Assembly: GCA_951406725.2 (NCBI GenBank)
Contig: OX597835.1
Location: 37,572,001 to 37,636,000, forward strand
Direction of reading: 5' to 3'
Origin: Octopus vulgaris
Lineage: Eukaryota
Length of the DNA: 64,000 nt
Numbering within the stretch: position 1 is the stretch's first letter; every line of letters begins with the position of its first letter. Below, in pieces: positions 53,151 to 64,000 of the stretch. A program made the translations under genes and the position numbers. The notes under the pieces were generated by a model that made no database searches, was not told the DNA's origin, and saw only the letters and a list, made by a program, of their open reading frames with translations.

Positions 53151-53812
53151 TTATCCAGTGAAATAAACTTCCACCAGCAAACTAGATAACCAATGCATTA
53201 CACACTCAACACACAATGCAAGCAGTAATACAACAAGTGATGAAAGTCACACCAACATTTGTCACAGTAGTAATGGGACACCTAGAAGAAAAAAATTTAC
53301 ACACTATCCAGAACTACTTTTGACCACCACTTCCAAACTTATATTGATAAATAGCATTCACGTCTCAAATCCTATTCACTATGGAAATGAGTGAAAAGGA
53401 ACTCCCCTTTCTGAACATCTTGATAATTAAAGAAAATGAGACAGTTACAACTGACCTTTACTGCAAGAACACAGACACACTTAGGTTTTAGATCTTTCTA
53501 CTCTTCCCATACAAAAGGAAACATACCATTTAATATGGCAAGGCGCATATGCTCAATAGTCACAGATGCTGTGAGAAGATTGGCGGAACTTAATATATTC
53601 CTGCAGAAGCAAAAATATTCCAACAAGTTAATTCAACATGCCATAACAAAAGCAAAGGAAATCCCGGTCTCTACCTTACAGAGAAACACCTAGACTAGGT
53701 GTGGAAATAAAAATACAAATACAAATATTATTTGTAGTTACCCACAATCTTAGAAACCACAACATCCTGCACTCAAATTTGGTTAATAATAATAATAAAA
53801 ATAATAATAATA

Positions 53813-53848
<36 letters not shown>

Positions 53849-53896
53849 TTCAGGCCTTGTCCTATAGTAGAAAGGATTATTATTACTATTATTAAT

Positions 53897-54340
53897 TAGG
53901 CAGTGAGCTGGCAGAATCGTTAGCATGCCAGATAAAATGCTTAGCGGTATTTCATCTACCACTACATTCTGAGTTCAAATTCTGCCAAGGTTAACTTTAC
54001 CTTTCATCCATTTGGGGTTGATTAAAGAAGTAGCAGTTTACACAGTGGGGTCAATGTAATTGACTTAATCCCTTCCCCCAAATTTGAGGCACTCAGCCAA
54101 CCAATACCTATTTCCTTACTACCCACAAGGGGCTGAACACAGAGAGGACAAACAAGGACAGACCAACGGATTAAGTCGATTATATCGACCCCAGTGCGTA
54201 ACTGGTACTTAATTTATCGACCCCAAAAGGATGAAAGGTAAAGTCGACCTCGACGGAATTTGAACTCAGAACGTCACGGCAGATGAAATACGGCTACGCA
54301 TTTCGCCTGGCGTGCTAACGTTTCTGCGAGCTCGCCACCT
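53897..54340. mobile_element. Two family B SINEs, tail to tail, nested in the Penelope-like element
   Basis: Plus copy 53897-54090, minus copy 54105-54340. Confidence 0.88.
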
Positions 54341-54596
54341 TAATACCTTCCAATTCTACATCAATCACCAAATCTCCAATGAATAATTAAAAAATCACAA
54401 ATTATCAACACTCGAAGACAACTGCCTAACCTCAAGAGACTCCTAACAAAGGCGAGATTCACATTTGAAAAAGAAACGATGCAAGTAACCAACTGTGGAG
54501 ACACTCGTAGTGGGACATGTGAATTAATTGAGCAAGGGACAACCAAAAGACTCGAGAATGGGAAGGAATTAAAAGTGAATGCAAATACGAATTGCA

Positions 54597-55107
54597 TTGT
54601 GCAGGTGGCACGTAAAAAGCACCCATTACACTCGCGGAGTGGCTGGCGTTAGGAAGGGCATCCAGCTGTAGAAACACTGCCAGATCAGACTGGGCCTGGT
54701 GCAGCCCCTGGCTTCCCAGACCCCGGTCGAACCGTCCAACCTGTGCTAGCGCAGAAAACGGACGTTAAACGATGATGATGATGATAGTTATTGCTAGGCC
54801 TAACTCATCGTAAAGTCAATACCACCATGACTGATCTCCAATCTACAGTGGAGAAGGCTAGCCAATGGATTTGGTTAAAAAGAGACGATGAGTGATGGCT
54901 AGTGGGATATTGAGCTTTATTTGATAACCAGCTGATCTAGCAAGCAGGGCCTCATATCAGTGAGGGGGGGCTGGTGTGCATTGATGCCATCGAGAGGTAG
55001 GCCCCAAAATGGCACGCATTCTCTCCTGATGACCCCATACACTTGCTGGCTTCCGGTATGTGGAGGTTTTGACTGGTAGCACTTGCATGTGCAAGTTGTT
55101 TGCAAGA
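54597..55107 (+). mobile_element. Nested insert: family E tail plus HERO/NeSL-like non-LTR 3' end, 15-bp TSD
   Basis: CAAATAYGAATTGCA at 54582-54596 and 55108-55122; TVEKASQWIWLKRDDE*W at about 54845-54900. Confidence 0.7.
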
Positions 55108-55745
55108 CAAATATGAATTGCAAAACAAAAAAACCCTCATCTGCTGCGTCACATTGAGAAGACAGGAAGGAAACTGACAATCTGTGTAAATGTGCATAAA
55201 CAACAAGTTAAGGATTCATTTCTCAGGAATGTCCCAGGCAGGGAACACCTGGCTGTCTGTGCAAATAGAAAATTTAAAATATTCCAATTTTATAAAATAG
55301 ACGATGAAAATGTACAACTATGAAAGGCAAAAGAAGAATGCTTTCTAAGAATTCTAAATCTGAAATTAAACTAAAAATAGCCATCATTCCACATAATGGT
55401 AAAACAAAATTTATGACCAAAACCAAAAGTCCGAAAATAAACTGGGTAATAATACTACCACTACCACAACTTCCTCTTTAAGAGAAAGTGTGTTTGAAAA
55501 GGTTTGACGAAAGTGCTCACACACTAGGAAAAAGAAATTTTTCCCCAAAATGTTTAGTAACATCCTCATAAAAGATTTCATAACATTTAAAAAAATAATT
55601 AAAAACAAAAATCCCCTTTACAGTGTAAAAATACACCTTTACACTCATTTTAGCGAATAATCCTCATAGACTTTCAGATATATATATATATATATATATA
55701 TATAATGTATATATATATATATTTATATATATATATATATATATA

Positions 55746-55812
<67 letters not shown>

Positions 55813-55816
<4 letters not shown>

Positions 55817-56040
55817 AGGGGGTGTTGAAAGGTTCCTGAATTTGGGTAAAAAAATAAATAAAATACACGAAGATCAGTTAATTATGATTTTATTCTACAT
55901 ATTCCTGTCTCAGATTCACTCACTTATTGCTGTGGGCCTTCACTTTTTCTAAGCCCTGTAAAAGAATTCAGAAGGTTGGGCCTCCAGCCTGGCCTTTTGC
56001 AGTACCTTTAAAGCCAGGAACTTAGCAGCACCCCTTAGTA
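55813..56040. mobile_element. Mariner-derived MITE
   Basis: TIRs AGGGGGTGTTGAAAGGTTCCTG / CAGGAACTTAGCAGCACCCCT, TA at right end. Confidence 0.75.
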
Positions 56041-56299
56041 AAATAAGACAAACATTACTGGTCACACATATAAAGTGCATGTGTTTTGTTTATATGCCAA
56101 CACAAATGATGTAAATATTATCAGTTGCAAATACACAGAGTTGTTTTTAATTTGAAATTTAATAAATTAAAATAGTATCTCTCTGACTCTCATAGATTTC
56201 AAATGTCATTCGTGTTTACTTTTTATGCATATGCCACACTAAGGACCAACTCCAAAGTCAGATCTATGGTATAAATTGTATTTGCTACTTGCATATCTG

Positions 56300-56574
56300 T
56301 GGAGGCACATGGCCTAGTGGTTAGAGCAGCGGGATCGCAGGTTTGAATCTCAGACTGGGTGATGTGTGTGTTTATGAGCAAAAAACCTAAGTTCCGCACT
56401 GCTCCGGCAGGAGGTAATGGTGAACTTCTGCTGACTCTTTTGCCGCAACTTTCTTCACTCTTTCTTCCTGCATCTTGCAGCTCACCTGTGACAGACCGGT
56501 TGGGAACCCATATGCCAAGGAAACCAAGAAAACTGGCCCTTATGAGCCAGGCATGGCTTGAGAAGGAACAAACT
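56300..56574 (+). mobile_element. SINE family C with tail 2
   Basis: Matches 10605-10872. Confidence 0.88.
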
Positions 56575-56705
56575 TGCATATCTACAGTCTGTTTACTTCA
56601 GTCTGAGCTCTATGTTATCATACCTAGCCATGTATAGCATCCTACATGTTGATGTGCCTAGATTCCAACGAATCTTTATAACTAGGTAAAGAAGGGAAAA
56701 GAAGC

Positions 56706-56947
56706 CTTTGGTCATGAATGCCTATGGGATTGCACTTAGGAAGTTACCCTCCAGGGCACAAGTCCAGGCAAGGTTATTTATGAAGGACCAGCAGTCACCC
56801 ATGCATACCAGTCTCCCTTTTCTACATCAACGATGTTATCTCAGAGAGAAGCAAAGGTTGGCACCGGTGAAATTGCAACTCATTTGTACAGTAGAATGAA
56901 CTGGAGCAACTTGAAATAAAGTGTCTTGCTCAAGAATGCAACACACA
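56706..56947 (-). mobile_element. SINE family D
   Basis: Matches 52190-52430 reversed. Confidence 0.8.
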
Positions 56948-57138
56948 GCTTTATATGTGTGACCGAGCTGATATGGATTTCCACCTCGGCATCCGAAACT
57001 CAGAGTTTTATCTTGGCTATTGAATAATTGTCACATATTAATTTACAGATAAATTTCCTCTATTTACATAACATTGAGGTCTCTTTCTTTCTTTTGTTAT
57101 CTTACCGTTTTTACCAATATATATATATATATATATAT

Positions 57139-57480
57139 ATACTAAGCAATAAAGGGTTTGGCAACGAATTGCCTTACCACATACCGAATTTAGAAATAGC
57201 AGTCAAAGAGTTATAGCTATTTCTTCTACTAAAAAGGGAGATCTCAGTAAAAACTGAGATCTCCCTTTTTACTGAGATCTCCCTTTTAGTAGAAGAAATA
57301 GCTATAACTCTTTGACTGCTATTTCTAAATTCGGTATGTGGTAAGGCAATTCGTTGCCAAACCCTTTATTGCTTAGTATTACTTAAATTTTCCTCGAATG
57401 AGGCTTTTACATGCCGAAGACTACTTGGTGTAATTGATAATTATTCCAAATTAATTAATTTCACCCTTCATTATTACGGA

Positions 57481-57483
<3 letters not shown>
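57139..57483. mobile_element. (TA)n-embedded fold-back element, near-perfect arms of about 110 bp
   Basis: 57139-57248 inverted against 57270-57378, plus unique terminal extension. Confidence 0.85.
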
Positions 57484-57578
<95 letters not shown>

Positions 57579-58083
57579 GTATATATATATATGTATATAT
57601 ATATAAATGTATATATATATAGAGAGAGAGACAGAAATACATGCATACACATATATATGTGTATGTTTACGTATATATGTGTATATATGTATGTATGTGT
57701 GTGTAGGGCAATAAGAAAATGGAGGGGATCAATAGATGGTATTCATCAACTTTTAGACATTATGTCAATTTATTTATTTATTTACTAAAATGTCAATTAC
57801 AACAATATACATACATGTATAACATATTATGCTTTACATATAAAATATATAAAGATACCAGTAATTATTAAAATATATAACATACAGCAATAGCAATTGG
57901 GAAATGTGTATGTATATATATATGTGTGTGTGTATATGTATATACATGTGTATGTGCATATATGTGTGTGTGTGTGTGTGTATATATGTCCATATATATG
58001 TGTGTGTATATATGTATATGTGTGTACATATAAATGTATATATATATGTGTGTACATATATATGTATATATATATGTGTGTAC

Positions 58084-58118
<35 letters not shown>

Positions 58119-58749
58119 TATATCTGTATGTACATACTGCATAGAGATTAGTCTTTCCTCACGTTCCGCACAACGACATAATTTGTTTTTCAAACTCAAA
58201 ATTAATGATGTCTTCTACATTTACCAAACCTCTGCTTCCGTCCATGCTTCCACTTCCAAAAATAGAACTTATCAATATCATTGTTACCATTATCGTTTCT
58301 GTTATTGTTGTTGTTGTTGTTGTCATCATAGCCATCACCATCTTCATCACCATCGTCATCGTGGTCTTTGTCATCATCATGGTAGTTGTTGTCATCACAG
58401 ACATTCCATTTTATTATTATCGTGAGGATGGCTGTTTATTGTCAATAAACCCTTTGGCCTTGTTATCACAGTTTTTCCATTTCACTGCACTATCTCTTAT
58501 TTTGTTTTCCATTCCTTAATTCCATTTAATACTCTCCGACAGTCCTCTGTCTCTCCGTCACTCTCTGTCTCTCTCTGTGGTTGGCCAAATCCATTTATTA
58601 TCTATATCCTGTCATCTCAATAGGCAGAGCAGACTGGCATTGCTGAGGTGGATAGGTACAAGGACAAATGTAAGCACGTGTTTGTGTGTGTGTTTGTAAC
58701 TCAGAACTCACCACTAAAGAACGATTTGGTTAAGATTTCTCACTGTGGT

Positions 58750-58985
58750 ATAGGGTTGTGTGCTCTGGAGTGCAGAACACAGAATCAGAAGCAATTAAAG
58801 AAACTAAAGAGAGAAGATCTACATTTAAAGCAATAGTCCTACCAGCAGGTCCTGATTCTGGTATAACGTGCTCCCACTGTAACCATAGATTTTATGTCAA
58901 TATTGGCTTAACGAGCTGCCTCTGGACTCACAAAGAGTAAAGCTGCTTATCTGATCATCTTCAGAGATTTTAAGGATGTAAGTCG
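58750..58985 (+). pseudogene. RTE/BovB-like ORF C-terminus
   Basis: KERR..TCSHCNHRFYVNIGLTSCLWTH resembles C..C.R.F.ARIGL.SH.RTH. Confidence 0.6.
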
Positions 58986-58999
58986 TGTGTGTATGTAAG

Positions 59000-59398
59000 T
59001 GTGGCTCAGTGGTTAGAGCATTGGGCTCACAATCATGAGTTTTTAAGTTCAATTCCCAGACTAGGCTGTATTTGTGCTCTTGAGCAAGACACATCATTTC
59101 ATGTTGCTCCAGTTCACTCAGCTGTAGATATGAGTTGCGACGTCACAGGTGCCAAGCTGTATTGGCCTTTGCCTTTCTCATAGATAATACTGGTGGTGTG
59201 AAGAGGGGAGGCTGGTCTTTATCCTTTACCCTACATACATATTGTCTTTACCCTATGTACATATAATGGTATGGTGATGGGAGGCTGTTATGCATGAGCA
59301 ACTACTGGTCTTCCATAAATAATCTTGCCCCAATTTGTGCCTTGAAGCGGAACTTTCTAGGTGCAATCTCAGGGTTATTCATGACTGAAAGGGCTCGC
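59000..59398 (+). mobile_element. SINE family D
   Basis: Matches 52105-52430, with a short insertion. Confidence 0.85.
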
Positions 59399-60671
59399 TT
59401 CCTGTATGTGTATGTATGTAAGTAAGTTGTGAGTGTGTGTATTTGTATGTGTGTGTATGCAAGTGTGATGAAAGAAAGTACTTGCTTGTTAAATGTCCCC
59501 TCCTCGTGACCATATGTATATGTGTACTTATGTATGCATGTATGTATGTATGTATGTCTGTGCGTTTGCCTATCCATGGCTTATAAATGAGCAAACTCAC
59601 AACATTCCCTTGAACAGGCCACCAATTTGTTACAGGGTTGTCTATTTACAGTTGAGTGGACTGAACAACAAGAAATGATGTGTTTTGCTCAAAAACAAAA
59701 CACATTACTTTTTCTAGGAATTGAAACCACACTCTTGCAATTATGAGTGCAACACTCTAACCACCAGTCCATTCTTGTAGGCTTCTATAAGATCTGCAGC
59801 AGTTAAAGTTTACAGCCTCTGGTTTATATTTCACAGCTGGTACAGCACATTCAGTTATTGAAATATCTCCAAATACCTTCCTGGGGGCATCTTTCATGCA
59901 TTTATAAACTTAGATGAAAACATGTGGTACGTGTTTGCTGCTCGTTTTCTTTTGATATATTAATAGCATTAAGCACAAAGAACTCCCAAATACCTTCCAG
60001 TATACCAATTCCAAATGATGGTAGTAGTTTTCATTATGAAATTCATATAGAATAAGGAAGTCATTTTAAGTTGTGCCTGAAGTCTTTGGTAAGAATAAAT
60101 TTCTTTAAATGCAATCTATGCTCTCACATTGTCATCTTGAAGATAAATTTTATCAAAGCTTATTGGTAATAACTTTGAGTTCTGTGTCTTTACCAATACC
60201 AGTAGTTCCTAGATTATATAAATATCCACTGAAATAAACAAGCAATGATAAGACTCCAACAGTTCCTTATTTTTTCTTTAGTAAACCTATTTATATTTAT
60301 CAAATATATTCCTAAATCTTGGTTCTCTTCCATATATGTTTCAACATAAGACAATATCTGAAGGTGTTTTGTAAAATTTGTTGTTCTGTTTTAATGCTGT
60401 ACTGCAGGCTATATCAGAAATAATATTTCTCGAGGTGCGAATACTAATGGCACTGCTACTACAGGGAAGGTTTCTGAATCCTCATGATATAACAATATCT
60501 CAACCACCATTGTTTGTATACACAAATACTAACACCCTTAGCAGATGATAGACTTATCCAAAGGCAACAACCCATAACATATAAGTATAAATATATGCAC
60601 ATAAACACATATATGTACTTATGTATGTATATACATACATACATATATATATAAAAAAAAAAAAAATATAT

Positions 60672-60863
60672 ATACGTAAAAAACACCCACTACACTCGCG
60701 GAGTGGTTGGCGTTAGGAAGGGCATCCAGCTGTAGAAACACTGCCAGACTAGACTGGAGCCTGGGGCAGTCCCGAGCTCCCTAGACCCCGGTCGAAACCG
60801 TCCAACCCGTGCTAGCGCGGAAAACGGACGTTAAACGATGATGATGATGATGATGATGATGAT
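60672..60863 (+). mobile_element. Family E 3' end
   Basis: ACGTAAAAAACACCCACTACACTCGCGG..GGACGTTAAACGATG. Confidence 0.9.
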
Positions 60864-61057
60864 ATATGTATGTATGTATGTATGTATAAAAATTAGAAAT
60901 GGAAACCAAAACAATAAATTGAACAATTAAATAATTTAATCATTAAATGATAAATTCTATTCAATTTAATTATTTTATAAAAAACAAATGACACATCTCA
61001 TAAATTCTTTGGATATTTAATATCCCTTAGGTGGTTATTTAACACCTAGCTAAATTG

Positions 61058-62027
61058 TTCCGAAGACCCGGCAAGACTAGTTAGGCCATAACCCGTGGTC
61101 CCTACATGGGACGTAGTCAGTCCACCTGTGCATACCTTCCTTCTTGTGACACTTGTGAAGACCTGTTGAGGCAAGTGAAAATCAAATCAAAACAAATCAA
61201 AATAGATGAACATCAATGGAATTTGTATCTCTGTGGCACACAAGAAAACCATCCGAACATGGCCGTAGCCAGTACCGCATCGACTGGCCTCCGTGCTGTG
61301 GGCACGTAACAAACACCATCCGATCGTGGCCGTTCGCCAGCCTCATCTGGCACCTGTGTCGGTGGCACATAAAAACACCATCCGAAGACCCGGCAAGAAT
61401 AGTCAGGCCATAACCCGTGACCCCTACCTGGGACGTAGTCAGTCCACCTGTGCATACCTTCCTTCTTGTGACACTTGTGAAGACCTGTTGAGGCAAGTGA
61501 AAATCAAAATCAAATCAAAATCAAATCAAATCAAAACAAATCAAAATAGATGAACATCAATGGAATTTGTATCTTTGTGGTACCAGTGCCGGTGGCATAC
61601 AAGAAAATCATCCGAACGTGGCCGTAGCCAGTGCCGCATCGACTAGCCTCCGTGCTGTGGGCACGTAACAAACACCATCCGATCGTGGCCGTTCGCCAGC
61701 CTCATCTGGCACCTGTGTCGGTGGCACATAAAAACACCATCCGAGCGTGGCCGTCTGCCAGCCTCGTCTGGCACTGTGTCGGTGGCACATAAAAACACCA
61801 TCCGAGCGTGGCCGTCTGCCAGCCTCGTCTGGCACTGTGTCGGTGGCACATAAAATCACCCACTACACTCTCGGAGTGGTTGGCGTTAGAAAGGGCATCC
61901 AGCTGTAGAACACTGCCAGATCTAACTGACCTGGTGCAGCCTTCGGGCTCCTCAGACCCCAGTTGAACCGTCCAACCCATGCTAGCATGGAAAGCGGACG
62001 TTAAACGATGATGATGATGATGATGAT
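61058..62027 (+). mobile_element. Family E long 3'UTR variant with nested tandem duplications
   Basis: About 323-bp duplication (61059 / 61382) and 61-bp triplication (about 61680-61860). Confidence 0.88.
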
Positions 62028-62089
62028 ATATACTGATATATATGTATGTGTGTGTGCATTTGTGTGTATATATATATATATATAAATAT

Positions 62090-62372
62090 TCGAGCGTCAA
62101 CGTTGCTTCACTGGCACCTGTGCTGGTGGCACGTGTAAAAGATTCGAGCAAGGTCATTGCCAGTACCACCTGACTGGCTCCCATGCCAGTGGCACGTAAA
62201 AAGCACCCACTACACTCTCGGAGTGGTTGGCGTTAGGAAGGGCATCCAGCTGTAGAAACTCTGCCAAATCAGGATTGGAGCCTGATACAGCCATCTGGTT
62301 CGCCAGCCCTCAGTCAAAATCGTCCAACCCATGTTAGCATGGAAAGCGGAGTTAAACGATGATGATGATGAT
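62090..62372 (+). mobile_element. Family E variant
   Basis: Sister of 63135-63466. Confidence 0.88.
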
Positions 62373-62386
62373 GTTTATATATGTAT

Positions 62387-62418
<32 letters not shown>

Positions 62419-62546
62419 GTTTATATATGTATATATATATATATATATGTATATGTTTATATATATATACATATATAAACATATACATATATATATATAT
62501 ATATATATACATATATACATATATACATATATACATATATATATAT

Positions 62547-62581
<35 letters not shown>

Positions 62582-62712
62582 CATATATAAACATATACAT
62601 GTATATGTATATGTTTATATATGTATGGAGAATCATTATACCATCATAATTAACACACACACTGGTTGAACTCCACTCATTTATTAAACATCCAATTATT
62701 TTGTTTTTGTTT

Positions 62713-62753
62713 GTCAAAGCTCTTTCGTTGCTTCCTGCAGCCTTTTCAGTGAC
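62713..62753 (-). ncRNA. Minimal type-I hammerhead-like fold
   Basis: Minus strand: GTCA-CTGAAAA-GGCTGCAGGAAGCAAC-GAAA-GAGC-TT-TGAC. Confidence 0.55.
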
Positions 62754-62764
62754 TATTGACTTAA

Positions 62765-63002
62765 ACTGGGGAGACATCAAGGAATATAGCAGAGAGGCAA
62801 GACAGGATTCGGAGGAAAATATAATGACAAGGAGCAGTCCTCTATACTCTATCAACATGCCAAAAACCAACATGGTGTAACACTGGGCCGAACTGACATC
62901 TGCAATTTGTCCAGTCACCTGAAGAACCCATCACTTAGGCAAATACAAGGCTATGTCCTCATAAATAAAGCATTAACTGTACTAAATAAGAAATACATGT
63001 AG
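62765..63002 (+). pseudogene. GIY-YIG endonuclease fragment (Penelope-like)
   Basis: [10 protein letters not shown] / [30 protein letters not shown], one frameshift. Confidence 0.6.
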
Positions 63003-63134
63003 ACTGTATAACTACCCCAATACCACAGATACCATGCACAAAGTATACATACATAGGTACATTTGTAAGTAGGCAGTCAAGTAGGTAAATAGGTATTTGG
63101 ATATGTATATATATATATATATATGTGTGTGTGT

Positions 63135-63466
63135 ACTGGATTCCGTACCTGTGGCACGTAAAAGGGCACCATTCGAGCGTGATCATTACCAACGTTGCTT
63201 CACTGGCACTTGTGTCGGTGGCACGTGTAAAAAGATTTGAGCGAGGTCATTGCCAGTACTGCCTTACTGGCCCCGTGCAGGTGGCACGTAAAAAGCACCC
63301 ACTACACTCTCGGAGTGGTTAGCGTTAGGAAGGGCATCCAGCTGTAGAAATTCTGCCAGATCAAGACTGGAACCTGGTGCAGCCATCTGGTTCACCAGCC
63401 CTCAGTCAAAACTGTCCAACCCATGCTAGCATGGAAAACGTACGTTAAATGATGATGATGATGATG
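63135..63466 (+). mobile_element. Family E variant
   Basis: Repeated TGGCACGTAAAAAG motif; ends GTTAAATGATGATG. Confidence 0.88.
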
Positions 63467-63811
63467 TATCAATTATAATCAAGGATAAAATCTAATTAAA
63501 AATCTAGTTCATTCATCTCAGTCATGTGTGAATAACCAAAATAATTCAGAAGTGAATAAATTTGGATAAATTTGGTTTAAAGGAATTCATACTTATCAAT
63601 TAAAATCAAGGATAAAATCTATATAGGATTTTATCAAGTGGCTACCATGTACAAGCCAATTAAAGTAAAAATTAATACTAAGTATTTCATTTTATAAGTA
63701 TAATTATTACAATTATTTTATAATTATATTGATAAAATTATATACTTTGTATAATAAATTCTCGTATATTCCATTTTACGTCTTTCATTTGCCATATATG
63801 TATATATATAT

Positions 63812-63952
63812 ATTGGGTCAGTAATTGTACCTTGTACTTATTCTTAGTGCAAGTTTTGAAGAGTGCAGTTCGATTTTAACAGTCGTATTTTCAAAGCTAT
63901 AATGGAAGTCATAAAGGAGGATATTTGGTGTATTTTGCTTTATGAGTTCAAT
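63812..63952 (+). mobile_element. Mariner 5' fragment
   Basis: ATG 63902: MEVIKEDIWCILLYEFN resembles mariner N-terminus ME..K.HIRHILLYEF. Confidence 0.55.
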
Positions 63953-64000
63953 CGTCATCATCATCATCATCATCATCGTTTAACCTCCGTTTTCAATGCT

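Larger units (their letters stand above)
53230..55675 (+). mobile_element. Fragmented Penelope-like retroelement (RT, Cys-rich linker, GIY-YIG)
   Basis: TPTFVTVVMGHLEEK; FTMEMSEKELPFLNILII..TDLYCK.TD..HTKGNIPFNMARRICSIV (53380-53690); RRQLPNLKRLLTKA..CGDTRSGTC (54340-54596); IEKTGRKL..HKQQV..EHL..FKIFQFYK..E..FL..LN (55110-55374); ends at (TA)n. Confidence 0.85.

Noticed and set aside
59770-60580. Possible coding remnant in unique AT-rich DNA
   Set aside because: Many stops and no motif I could recognise
61620-61860. Regular repeats resembling CRISPR
   Set aside because: Tandem duplications inside an RTE-type 3'UTR, no variable spacers

Overview
Eukaryotic, repeat-saturated non-coding DNA (intronic or intergenic). 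The SINE repertoire and dense (TA)n/(ATG)n/(TCTA)n/(GA)n arrays point to an octopus or related cephalopod (inference from recognised repeat families). No intact host protein-coding gene is visible, and almost all long ORFs in the track are microsatellite read-through. Real coding remnants are all from transposons: RTE, CR1-group, R4/Dong-like and HERO-like LINE 3' ends, two Penelope-like (RT/GIY-YIG) fragments, and Tc1/mariner pieces. There are also two non-autonomous Helitrons and four tRNA-type SINE groups (my labels A-D) plus an RTE-tail repeat (E). Three observations stand out. (1) At least six unrelated sequence families of short elements sit in (TA)n tracts, often as fold-back palindromes, and carry type-I hammerhead-ribozyme folds with palindromic stem III; one abuts a GIY-YIG fragment in inverted orientation. 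(2) One SINE head/core is found with four interchangeable 3' tails. (3) A 23-nt candidate microexon with textbook splice sites lies at 37408-37430 (-). Coordinates were read by eye; repeat boundaries are approximate (about +/-10 bp) unless stated. Folds and alignments were not computed.
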